Below, piece by piece: positions 1 through 11,327 of a stretch of 64,000 bases of DNA (within the stretch, counting starts at the first letter, position 1; each line of letters starts with the position of its first letter). The position numbers and the translations under genes are program-made. The notes under the pieces are model-generated. The model had not been told where the DNA came from, did not search any database, and saw nothing but the letters and a program-made list of their open reading frames with translations. Source of the DNA: Amphiscolops sp. MND2022 (lineage: Eukaryota); contig OZ076409.1 in NCBI GenBank assembly GCA_964187785.1, forward strand, positions 38,814,001 to 38,878,000, given 5' to 3'.

Positions 1-2482
1 TACTATGAGGTTTTGGGTTTGCAAACTGACTTGTATCTCGGGTTGGGACATTGGATGTAGGTGGGGGTTCTTTGAATGGTTTCAAGCGATCGTAATGAAC
101 CACCAATTCCTTTTGAGTTTGTTGGTCTTGAATCCGATAAGTTACGTCGTTAATGTCCTGCAAGATGACATAGGGGCCTTTCCACGGGCTGAAGAACTTC
201 GATGTTTTGCCAACTGGCACAACTGGATTGTGAAGCAAAACTTTCTGTCCTGCTTCGTAGAGGGGTCCGTGAACTTTGCTGTTATAGATGGCGTTTCGTC
301 TCTTCTGGTTTTGATTGAGGGCGGACCGAGCCAGTTCGTAAGCCTTTTGGAAGGCTAGTTTGCGCGCGGAGACAAATTCATTCGTATTTGACGCTGGTTG
401 ATCCTTTGGGTTGGGGTACATGAAATCGATGGGTAATGAAATTTCTTGACCATAGACAAGAAAGTGGGGCGTGTAGCCAGTCGATTCATGTACGGAGGTA
501 CGATATGCCATCATGACATAAGGCAATTGTGTTGACCAATTGTCCTGCTCGTCGTTCACACACTTTTCAAGCATGCTTTGAAGGGTCCGGTTCATCCGCT
601 CGATAACAGCGTTGGACTGCGGTCGAAAAGCCGTGGTACGGGTTTTCTCAATCTGGAGAGATTGCATTAACAGTTTGAAGATTTTTGACTCAAAATTACG
701 ACCTTGGTCACTGTGGATGCTATAAGGAAATCCGAAGCGGCAAATCCAATGTTGTAGCAACGCATTGGCAGTTGTAGAAGCTGTTTGATCTGGAAGTGGA
801 ATGGCTTCGTACCATTTCGTGAAATGATCTCCAATTAGTAGTATGTGCTGGTTCCCGTTAGACTGCGGCAAAGGACCCAGGAAGTCAATACCAATGTGAT
901 GGAATGGGTAGCTAGGGGGCCAATCCGAGAGAGAATGCAGGTGTTTCTTTGGAGGGTTGGCCCTTTTTTGGCATTGTTCACATCTACCAATGAATAATTT
1001 ATTATCTTCCTTGAAATTAGGCCAGTAGAAACGTTTTCGTACTTTTTCAGTGGTTTTGAATACACCTAAGTGTCCTCCAGTAGGTGAAGCGTGAACTGAT
1101 GAGAGTATTTCCTGGACCATATCAGGTGGTACTATCTGCTGGAAATAATGATCTCCGGTTTTGATCAGTTCGAAACGTCGGCATAGGATGCCATCTCTAA
1201 TTAACAGGCTCTTTAACTGATTGGCCAGTCGCCAGGTTAGACGGGGAGAACCCTGCAACTCCTTGTTACTCGGTGTTGTACCATCGGTTATCCACTGATG
1301 AACAGTTTTCAGTGCTGGATCTTTCTGCTGGGCGCTTCGCAGAGGGTTTGAATCGTTATCTTGGAGGACTTTAGTCCCTTGAGAAGGCTCACTGATTTTT
1401 AGAGGTGACTTGTCTTCAGGAGCCAGTTGTTTTGTAACTTCTGGTAGAGTGAGAACCGTCACTCGGATTACTGAACCATGAAACAAATCTTGTATCATGT
1501 CCCTTACTTCCTTCCAATCCAATTTGTCGAGACCACATCCAATTCTGGGCAAGCTAATGCGTGTGACATTATTTGTTTCGGCATGGGTTCTCAACGCTAT
1601 GAGAGAGGCTCTAAGGTTCTTGTATGTAGGTTTATGGAAGTAACGTCTTTTCGTTATTAGGTGGTACAGGAATCGCTGAGACTGGTTAATCACCTGGGGC
1701 CAAAGGGGTGCATTGTTAACCATTTCCTTTGTAGGTATCTTCGTCGGGAATTGCAGTTTTAGTTCCTGAGCAATTCCGGAAGACATTTTGAAGTCAGCCG
1801 ATATGCAGTGCGCAATGGAGTCGGCGACCTTCAAAAGGTCTCCTTCCTTCTCGGTGTAGTTAGCTTGGTTTGATCGGTTTGGCCATTCGGACTCGTCTTC
1901 GTAGTAAACTGTTCCTCCCGGCTGATCAACAGGTTCCGGTTGTGTCGAGACTATATTCAATGCTCTGGTTGGCGTGCGGGATAGACCGTCTGCGTGTCCA
2001 ATGGACTTACCTGGCCGATGGACAACTTCGTAGTTGAACGCGGCAAGTTTCTCCAGCCAGCGGGCTGTGAGCGCGTCTGGGTCTTTGAAATTATGTAGCC
2101 ACTGTAACGAACTATGGTCGGTGACTATCATGAACTGTCTTCCCCACAGGTAATGTCTAAAGTGTCGCGTGAAGTTTACAACTGCTAGGAGTTCGCGTTT
2201 AGTAGCTGAATACCTCGTTTGAGCTTTCGAGAGCGCCTTAGAGGCATAGCAGATTGCTCGTTCTTGTCCATCTTGTACTTGCGCGAGAACGGCTCCCATA
2301 GCAGTCATGCTAGCGTCAGTATACAGTATGAAAGGCTCCTTCATGGAGGGCAACGCTAAAATTGGTGTAGACACCAACTTTTGTTTCAGTGCTTCAAAGG
2401 CACTCTGGGCCTCAGGTGTCCACTGAAAGGGCGACTTGCTTTCACTAGCTTTATGCAAGGGTCGGGCTATGTCTGCAAAGTT
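1..2482 (-). CDS. pol C-terminal part: RNase H, TARG1-like macrodomain, integrase (HHCC, DDE, GPY/F); open to the window edge
   Basis: Manual translation has no stop from ~2482 to 1: LYTDASMTAMGAVL, YSATKRELLAVV, TDHSSLQWL, HADGLSR, then macrodomain, then HASPTGGHLG, CEQCQ, IGIDFLGP, IHSDQGRNF, IERMNRTL, WKGPY, VHYDRLKP. Confidence 0.93.
1442..1862 (-). other. TARG1/OARD1-like macrodomain (ADP-ribose glycohydrolase) embedded in Gypsy pol
   Basis: EGDLLKVADSIAHCISADFKMSSGIA...FLYHLITKRRYFHKPTYKNLRASL...ISLPRIGCGLDKLDWKEV...VTVLTL matches the TARG1 signature motifs GDLF, SLAHCIS.D..MG.GIA, YLITK.R..HKPTY, MPRIGCGLD.L.W. Confidence 0.9.
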
Positions 2483-3353
2483 TTTTTACATAGCGGCGAT
2501 AATAGGAACACAGACCCAGAAAAGTCTTCACTTTTGTTGGGCTTGTCGGAATTGGGAAGTTTTTCACAGCTCTTACTTTCTCAGGATCTGCCTCGAGTCC
2601 ATTTCTGCTGATGATATGTCCTAAGAAGGGGACTCGTGTTCGGAAGAATTCACATTTTGTCGGGTTGATTTTGAGTTTCGCCATACGAAACCTTTCAAAC
2701 ACTTGCCGAAGACGTTCGAGGTGTTCTTCAGCTGTTTTCGAGAAGATGATGCAATCATCCAGATAGGGGACGGTTATTTTCCACGTCAAACCCATTAGAA
2801 CACATTGCATTAGGCTTTGGAAGGTGTTTGGACTCCCAGTGAGACCCATTGGCATTCGGAGCCATTTGAAGGACCCAAACGGGGTGCTGAAGGCAGTTAG
2901 GTCTTGACTCTTGATGTCCATGGGCAATTGATAAAATCCCCAGGACATATCGATTGTGGTAAAATAGGCACTCCCTTCCAGTGTGTCAAAGATTTTTTCT
3001 ATCGACGGGATTGGCCAACAAGACTTAATGGTCTGGTTGTTAAGCTGCCGGTAGTCGATGACTAGTCGAAGTTTACCATTGTTCTTCGGGACTAACATAG
3101 CTGGTGCGCTATACGGGCTGTGACAAGGCGTGATCAGGTCCTTTTCAAGGAAAGCATCGAGTTTTTCCCTTAGGTCCTCTTTATAATGAAGTGGCATCCG
3201 CCTATTTGGTAATTTCACAGGTCTGGAGCCGGGATACACGTCGATTTTGTGGGACGTTACATCACACTTACCTATATCCCATTCATTTTTGGAGAAGACG
3301 TCGGAGACTTCATCGATTAATTTGTCGAACTTTTTCTGCAAGGAAGTGGACAA
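2451..3353 (-). CDS. reverse transcriptase of the Gypsy element (+1 frameshift in T7 run at 2481-2487 before RNase H)
   Basis: LRLVIDYRQLN, IDMSWGFYQ, MPMGLTGSPNTFQ, YLDD, FLGH; removing one T restores RRYVKNFADIARPL. Confidence 0.93.
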   Translation of the reverse strand: MSTSLQKKFDKLIDEVSDVFSKNEWDIGKCDVTSHKIDVYPGSRPVKLPNRRMPLHYKEDLREKLDAFLEKDLITPCHSPYSAPAMLVPKNNGKLRLVIDYRQLNNQTIKSCWPIPSIEKIFDTLEGSAYFTTIDMSWGFYQLPMDIKSQDLTAFSTPFGSFKWLRMPMGLTGSPNTFQSLMQCVLMGLTWKITVPYLDDCIIFSKTAEEHLERLRQVFERFRMAKLKINPTKCEFFRTRVPFLGHIISRNGLEADPEKVRAVKNFPIPTSPTKVKTFLGLCSYYRRYVKKLCRHSPTLA

Positions 3354-3783
3354 CTGCTCGTCTACCGCTAGGATACGTCGGTGCCATTTTCGCAGTTAAA
3401 CCAAATCAAAGTTAGGCAGACCATAGTGATCGAAAAGGCCATAGGGGCAAAGGAGTAAAGAAAAGCAAAATAGAAAAAGACTTTTTCGTATTTTTCACTA
3501 ACTACTTACTTCCAAGTTCTTAGCTTAGGGCCGTTCTTATTGGGTCAGCCAGACTCGCAAAACTGCGGGGTTACTCAGCAAACTGCTGGAACTAGACACA
3601 GACCGAAGTACGGAAAGAAGTCTTACAGAAACTAGGCACGGATTAAAATCCGGTGAAGGATTAAACTCTGGCATGGGCACTGTCCGAACAGTGTTGAAAC
3701 ATGAAGGGAAGGGTCTGATGACAAAACTAAATGGGGTTTCTACGTTGATTTTAGAATTTTCGAAGCGATTTTTCACTCGAGAT

Positions 3784-3801
3784 ATCCCACTCCTGTCACC
3801 A
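3784..3801 (-). promoter_or_regulatory. primer-binding site, tRNA-Leu-like (TGGTGACAGGAGTGGGAT)
   Basis: TGG-initiated 18-mer directly downstream of the putative LTR end; resembles the complement of a tRNA-Leu 3' end. Confidence 0.75.
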
Positions 3802-3804
3802 TTT

Positions 3805-4550
3805 TATAACAGCCTTTTTCTTATAGTATGAAATTATCTTCTTTGTATGGGTTCGCTGACTGTTATGATAATTTGGAGTTCAGTAATTTAAAATTACTAA
3901 GGCTTTAGGACTACCGTAAGAGGGATATCTTGAGTGAAAGAGAAAAAGTTATTTTTGCTTTTTGGGGAAGAATTTAAATTAAAATGAAATCAGACTTAGG
4001 AGATGAAACAAAGTTTTAAATACTTTTACAAGTTTACAAACTAACATATTGGGTGGACTATGGGTGGCTGAGTTGGAGTTCTGAATTTGGTTTCTTCTTC
4101 AGTTGATTGTTGTTGTCTTCTGGTTTGTAGCTTCTCCAATTGTTGAATGATTAGAGATCGATTTTTATTTTTGTTAAACAAGATTAATAAACGGCATGAA
4201 CACGATAAAACGGGTTCGAAAGAACAAGATTAAGCTCGCAGAACTCAAAATCTGCAAATCTGCAATTAATTACACTAGGCTCTGGATAAGTCCAGATAAT
4301 TGAACAAAAACGTAATTAAATGGGGATCGGAGTAATTGGACAAGATTTAAATGCGGGGTTTACAAAATACTGTATAAAACACGTTGTAGAACTATCTGTG
4401 TAATTATGTGACTGGTTTTGTACTGATAAGCAAATTTGTATGTAACTTAGAAACATGAATTGTTTCAAGTGCTTTCTTGTTTTGTTTTGTTGCTCTGGCT
4501 TTTGTTTACTAGGGGCCTCTTTGTTTTCGTGTTACCGCTTGCTTGTCACA
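3805..4550 (-). repeat. putative 5' LTR (TGTGACA...TGTTATA)
   Basis: Abuts the PBS and has imperfect terminal inverted repeats; the partner LTR is outside the window, so the far boundary is tentative. Confidence 0.55.
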
Positions 4551-5025
4551 TCTATTTTGCAGTAGTAAAATATTTAGTTTTTAAACTGGTAGCAATATGT
4601 TCAAACCAGGAGCCTATGTAAATTCTAGTTTGGAAAAACCTTAAGAAAATCTCAAAAAATGGAAGTACGTTATCGATAAATGAGAATCTTCTGAAACTAC
4701 AGGTACTTCATCTCATTTTCTTTCCCTTTTAGTTTTTGAACAGCCTATTGTTTCAACATTCAGGTCAATGGAAATATATTCTTTTGAAAATTTCGTGAAT
4801 TGAACAAATATTGGCAAAATTCGTTTTTGGGTGTTGTTGAGACCGACTCTAACAATGATTTGTATTTGTACCTTCAAAATTGACTGTCAAATGCCACGCT
4901 TTGTGGTTATTGATCAATTAACCTACTCTATACTACGAATTTGCTCGAAAATTTCACAAAAATTGCAGAATAAGGACGTCATTCTGAGCTAATTTCCTCC
5001 ATGAAACGCTGCAAACGTCTCTTTC

Positions 5026-6057
5026 AACAAGACGGGATCGTCTCAAGTCGGCGCCATATCTAAGGCTCAAAAATATTCAAAGAACAACTATTGGAAACAT
5101 TCGGAAAATTTTTTTTTCAGAAAAAATTTTTGAATTTTTTTTCCGAAAAAGTATTTTTTTTAGAAAGTCGCACAATGCCGAAAAACTCAAAAAGAAGCCA
5201 TTCAGGCTCATTAAACGTTTTTACAAACCGAAAACTTCAAAAAAATGCAAGGGGTTACCCTTTGATAGAATCCGAAAATTTTCGAAAAAAAGTCGCATAG
5301 AGCAAAAAAAAACGAAAAAAATCAAACGAAAGAAAACCTTTGGTCTCGCATCTACTTTTGGAAGCATAAAAAATTTGTGGTTTCGTGCGAGAATCAAACC
5401 CACGATCTCCGGCTCCTCAGAAAATTAGTTGAACAAATGAACAAAGATTGTAAGAAAAGTGGACCATTCAGAGTGAGATTGTAGGCTGAAAAAGCAAACA
5501 AGACGGGAACGTCCCAAGTCGGCGCCATATCTTAGGCTCAAAAACAACTATTGGAAATTTTTGGAAAAAAAAATATTTTTTTTTCAAAGAAATTATTTTT
5601 GAATTTTTTTCGAAAAAGTATTTTTTAAGTCGCACAATGCCGAAAAACTCAAAAAGAGGCCATTCAGGCTCATTCAACGTTTTCTACAAACCGAAAATTT
5701 CAAAAAAATGCAAGGGGGTACCCTTTGATAAAATTCGAAAATTTTCGAAAAAAGTAGCATAGTGCCGAAAAAAACCCGAAGGGGGACCCTTTGGTCTCAC
5801 CTGTACTTTTGGAAGCATTAAAATCGAACCCACGCTCTCCGGCTTGGTCGAAGATGGAAGATGAACAAATATGAAAGATGAACAATTTGTAAGAAAAGTG
5901 GACCACTCAGAGTGAGATTGCCAACTGAAAAAAAACAAAAAAAACTACTCACTGTAGGAGTCGGACTTTTTTCCTTAAGGGAAAAGGCGCCGACTAAAAA
6001 ACTACCCACTGTAATAGTCGGGTTTTTTTCATAAGGGAAAAGGCGCCGACTAAAAAA
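5026..6057. mobile_element. Helentron/DINE-1-like non-autonomous element, family A; two copies, apparently nested (inner copy ~5497-6000)
   Basis: Starts AACAAG + hairpin GACGGGAACGTC + sub-terminal repeat AGTCGGCGCC; other end GGCGCCGACT-AAAAA; same family at 49858 and 59771. Confidence 0.65.
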
Positions 6058-6069
6058 TGTCACGCTAGT

Positions 6070-7310
6070 TGTTTCGTCTGGATCAATTCGAAGCTTTTAA
6101 CAAATCAAGGTTTCTGATTTTGAACAAAAATTACCTGAAATCATCAAAAAATGGAAAATTTTCGATCAATTTGGGGGTCATTTTGAGTCACTTTTGTTAC
6201 CAGCAACTACATTTTTGCAGTGTGCCCGCTTTATACCGCGTTTGTTTGTTGGTGAATATTTTTATCATTCGAACAAACAGAACCTTTCGACAACTTTACA
6301 AAACTTGCAAAGTGAAAACGTCAAAAGTTGGTCGACTCTTTGGTGCGGTTCTTCCCAGAAAACTACCAGTCTTCCTAAGAACGGCATAACACTGGACTCG
6401 TTTGGGGCCTAAATTGCAACCTTATTTGCTAAATTGAATTCAAAATTGCACCTTCTCAAAAATTTTTGAAGCCATTTTGAAAGATTTTGTGACATAAGCA
6501 TGCGGATAAGACTTGAAAAAGCCTATCTCAGACTAATTTTGTTCATTTTCTAACGTTTTCAATGTTCTAAGACCAAAAAGCTTCAAACTTTTACAAAACT
6601 TACGTTAAAAACTGATGAAACAGATGGAAATGCTCCTAATTTTACCCTAGTTTGCAGGGACTTTTTTCTATCGAACAAATGCATTCATCTCTTCACACAA
6701 GTCGATTGGACAACGAAGTTTCTTCTTGTTGAACCTTTCATATTTTATTCAACGAAGTCTTGGAAAATTTGAAAAAAGCCTAATTTTGTAAAAAATTTGG
6801 ATCTTTTGTAATTTTTGTCAATTTCAGTCTCTATTTGAAGCATTTTTGTATAAAAAACTGCTTTTTTCAAAAAGCCTTCTGGACAACGACGTTTCGCCTT
6901 TAACGTTGTTACTTTTTGAAGCCACGAAGTCTGTCGAAAATTTGACAAATGTTGTGTAAAAATGCTACAATTTGGAAATTTTTCTCAGTTTCAGTCTCAA
7001 TTTAAGCATTTAAAAAAATTGCATCTATTTCTTTAAAGATGCCTCCTGGAAAACAAATGCTTTCGTTGTTGATTGTTTTGAAAATTCCAAGCCACCAAGT
7101 TTATCGAAAATTTGACAAAAAGTTGCATGAAACGCTGAAAATTGGAAAATGTTGAACTTTTTGTCATTTTTGGGTCATTCTGGCCCTTTTGGCGTCAATC
7201 TAAAAAGTCAGAAATCTCAACAAATTCGTCGTATCGCGTGAAATTAAAATCATCCCAGACGAAATCTATTAGTGGAAACCTTGAACTTTGATACAAATTT
7301 GGAACATATT
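6070..7310. repeat. AT-rich composite dispersed repeat built of degenerate ~160-bp subunits
   Basis: Recurring AAGCCAC.AAGT...TCGAAAATTTGACAAA, TTTTGGGGTCATT and GGACAACGA motifs, also seen at 25.7-27.3 kb and 56.9-59.6 kb. Confidence 0.6.
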
Positions 7311-7432
7311 GGTATAATTCAAAAAAAAACGCTGCAGATTGAATTATTTTCTTTTCTCATTTGAAATGAGTGCTGAAAATGATAACTGCAATTATTGCAA
7401 TATTCTCCAATGCATACCAATTTTTTTTTTAA

Positions 7433-7749
7433 TTTTCGCCCACATAAATGGTGGAGGTAAATTATGATCAGTGATGCGCGTTTCCAAAAATTCTGTCAAA
7501 TCTCCCAAGTTCACCTCACTTAGTTACTTGACTATTTTAGTTACTTGACTATTCTAGTTACTTACTTAGTAAAACCATGGCACCATGGTTACTTAGTCAC
7601 CATGGAACTTAGTCACTTCTTATTACGTAGTCACCATGGCACAGTTGGTAGTGCGTCTGCCTGGCAGACATGAGGTCGTGGGTTTGAACCCGGGCTGATG
7701 CGTTACATTTTTAGCGGAAAATATCCCGTTGCTTACCTGGCGTCTTGTT
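7433..7749 (+). mobile_element. Helentron-like non-autonomous element, family B, with internal tRNA-like segment (7630-7700)
   Basis: TTTTCGCCCACATA start, ...GGCGTCTTGTT end; A box TGGCACAGTTGGT and B box GGTTTGAACCC; homologous copy on the minus strand at 45463-46447. Confidence 0.65.
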
Positions 7750-10380
7750 TTTTACAAAATGTCTTTTGAGTTCTCTACAACACAATGATTTATCGGACGA
7801 GTCTTCAAAATACATGAATTTGTTGCAGTCTAAAACGGTTTTGCAAAACCTTATTTTTCTTTTCTGTGGGAAAGGATCAATGAAGTTTATCGGGCTAATT
7901 CAGAAAACTTAATATCAACTTTTGTAACAGAACAAATTTTCCTTTTGATACTTTGTATCAAGTCTGTGAAACTATAATAGTCAAAATATGTTTTTATTCG
8001 CATGGGCGTTGGATTAAGTTTTTGAGAAAGCAATTTCTGAATATCTAAAGTAAAAGTTTTAATTAACAAAATGGCATTTTGAATCATTTGATGCAAATAA
8101 GTCCCTGTTGCTCACTTGGAAATTTAATTAGAATGTTTCATCTAAAAACATTATTGTCACTAACTGGTATTGATGATCATAAGCACAGATCAAATCAATT
8201 ATTTGATCCGTCACAAAATTAGAACTTAGCTACATTCCGAAAAACATGAATCCTTAAAAGGTGATAAACAAAACTTCATTAACTTCAAAATGTTGAATCT
8301 AGACGATTGCAAGGCTGAATTTGATTGAAATTTGGTGATAACCAGACACTGATTTTTCGGAAGTCATAATAAATTTAGGCAAAACATTCGCGACAAAATG
8401 AACAAGTTTATCTGATTTCCCCCAATTGAGGGAGACTGTTTTTGAACACACTTTTAGTTTTGATCGTACTCTTTAGCCTCTTTTGGTGGCACGTTGCAAA
8501 CGTAACTAACCAGAGCCACAGTGGTACGTACTGCAATTTCTCCCCATAATTCTTGTTCGTAAAAGTTACTTTAATGTGACTTTATTTTGACTGTTACGTC
8601 AACTAGGGTTCGGGGCATTCTTTTAATTATGTAACATCTGTTATCTTGATAACAATTCTCGGTAACAATTAACTTTCTTCTGATAACAATTTTCGGCAAC
8701 AACAAAAGATTGACAAGTGAGCCCCATGCTGCGAGATTTGAAAAAGTGATCTCAATGCTTGAGTAATTTTGGTTCATAATTTCCATCGAAATTTTTGAGG
8801 TTTTTAACTTGTTGAAAGATATATGTCTATTAACTGATGCTCATTTTGTGTCCACATTGGATTTTCTATACCTTTATGAATACTTTAATGTATGTCATGT
8901 ATATTAATCCAATGAAATTCAATGTTTCAATGTTTTTTATATGTCTAAAAGTTTCTAAACAGTCAAAACGTTCAAAAGTCCAAAATCACAGAGACACGCA
9001 AGTCGAAACGACAGGCATTTTCTGCAATATTTTTGCATACCCTCAAAAATGCAAATGAAATATTCTATCTTGTATGCCAAAAACTACTGGCAATATCATT
9101 CATATCTTGAAAGATTCTTGGACAAACTCAAGGGCAGAAAAAGTTAATAAGACTTTGCAAAATAATGCAATAAATTGTATAATGTTTAATGGCTTTTAAT
9201 TCAGACAAGTCTGGAATTATGCAAGAAAGGTGTGGTCCTGCAAGAAATGTTACATCTGCAAAAATTTTACAGGTTTTTCGGAGATGGAACACATGAAAGA
9301 TTTTTGCAGAAAATGTCTGGGAGTTCGAGTAAAGAATGTTATTATCATTGGTGGGATATTATAAAATATTTCAGGACTTAAAGATATCGAACCTTGAACC
9401 TGTTGGTTATAAGTGTACAAATTTCCCTAATTTTTATACCCCTGTTTTTGGAAAAGTTCCAGACGATTGTTCAACCTTTTTAGCAAAAATTCGAAAACAG
9501 TCAGGTAAAATTTTTCGAGGAATTTTCATTGGCGCAAATTGGTTCTTCTCTGAAACCTTTGGAAAAAAATCATCAGGCACACTGAATATTAACTTTCTGT
9601 TTCAAGAAAGGAGATATGAAAGTTTTTTGTGTTTCGAACTGAAAACAATACCAAAAAGTTAATTTTATCCCATTCCCTCTTTAATATATGCAAAACAATT
9701 CTTTTCGATGAAAATGTTGATCTGCAAATTCAGAATTAACAGGGAGCACAAACCATTTTCAGTGGACGATGAAAACGGTTTCAGATTTTGCAAAATAAAC
9801 GTTTAAATTAGTTTCAGAGCTGATATTGGAGGCGCATTGCGAATTTTTTCGTATACTCTTACAAGAGTGCTCAGATCAGATTTTCAAATAATCAGACTTT
9901 TAAAACCCAATTTTACAAAAAAGATGTAACGGCCGTTACATCTTCCAGAAGAACCTTAATTAGGAATTGTCTACAGATATGAAAAATAATTCATGCATTA
10001 TTGATGAGCATTTCGACTACTTTTTTAAAGCCAAGACCTGACATAAAGTCTGGAAAACGTCTAAAAATCGAATCTGTTAAATTGTTTTTATTGTGATATA
10101 CGACGTTAAATCAGAAAAAGGTATCATTATGTTCGTTTTGAAAAAATACAAAAGCTCATAAACGGTTAACTTCAAACTAGACTTGATAAAATCCAAAAAA
10201 AACGCGTCAATAGTTCGGGTTTACCTAATTTTTGTTGCTTTCTAGTGTTATATCTGTAATGACCAGTGGCCGTGGTTTCTCTTCAATCACCAACAGACAT
10301 TGAGTCCTTTTTCGTTATTTTTGATTTCAACCCCGGATGAATTTTCCCTATTTTCCTGACTACAAGGGGACATACTGGCC

Positions 10381-10803
10381 TCAGTGTCCCTGTTCCCTGA
10401 AGATGACATTGAACTGACAATGTTTTAAATTTCGGGGATCACTCTCTCTGATATAGCAGTGTTGATTGCTGTTTATCTGACTGTGGACCATAGACATCAT
10501 GGAATCCATTTCTTGGGACAGTCTAAGATTAAATTCACTTGTGAAGTTCTCAGAAGAATGTCTAGCTTCATTTTGCCTAAGGGTTTCACTTTCTTGTGTA
10601 AAGATTCTGAAGTTGTCCCTTTGGTACTCATTTGCCTCATAGTCACCTTGGACTGAGGATTGCTCAATCGCATCTGCTAGCTCCCTTTCAATAGGGTTTT
10701 CATTCCCACCTCCCAACATTACGTCTAAATTATCTATGTCAGTCATCATGTCCATCTCCCTAGACTTTCTAGCTTTGGCCTTTTGTCTTCTTGTGGAAGG
10801 CAT
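10381..10803 (-). pseudogene. truncated, probably gag/ORF1-like N-terminus of another retroelement (MPSTRRQKAKARKSREMD...)
   Basis: Basic N-terminus followed by an acidic/coiled region, frameshifted and truncated near 10260; its upstream leader is interrupted by the BEL insertion; family assignment is inference only. Confidence 0.4.
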
Positions 10804-11327
10804 AAGAAAATGTTGCAAGTGGAAATAATTTGAATTATCCTTGCAAAGAAATGATTGAATGGTTGTTTTTACTTTTAATATATCAAGTATTATAAAACAA
10901 TGTCCTGCGCGCTCAGCGCCCGGAGTGTATATAGTAGGAATTGCATGACAATCAAAACAATTCAAGTCATGTTACTAAAAATACCCTGTGTCACTTCTAA
11001 AAATAGCAGTTACTATATATAGCCATGAGGGCGGCGTGGCGAAAGAATCACTTCAAATGGCCGGTTCAAACACAGCACCTCCAACATTACAAATAGTGAG
11101 CACTAGGTCTGAATGCCCGAAAAGGGCCTTTCAATCATGCATGTAGTTTCATCAACACTTCATGTAATTGAATCTGAACTTCAACCTTTTACATATTGAA
11201 TAATACATGTCCAAATGTGCACTTTCGACATTATGTCTCAATCATGGATAGCACTAATAGTTTGATCATTCTCATAGAAAGAAATAATACTGCATCAAAA
11301 GCAACCAGTATTGAATGAAAGACACAG

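Larger units (their letters stand above)
1..4550 (-). mobile_element. Ty3/Gypsy LTR retrotransposon (5' LTR, PBS, RT-RNase H-macrodomain-integrase); gag/protease missing; 3' end outside window
   Basis: RT before RNase H before integrase (Gypsy order); PBS at 3784-3801; only ~430 bp between PBS and RT, with no gag or protease motifs. Confidence 0.93.

Noticed and set aside
2481..2487. Programmed ribosomal frameshift between RT and RNase H
   Set aside because: Falls inside a normally continuous domain; a homopolymer indel or sequencing error is simpler
7630..7700. Functional tRNA gene (also ~45510-45585 and 62434-62514)
   Set aside because: A/B boxes are present but the acceptor or anticodon stems are defective, and each lies inside a repeat
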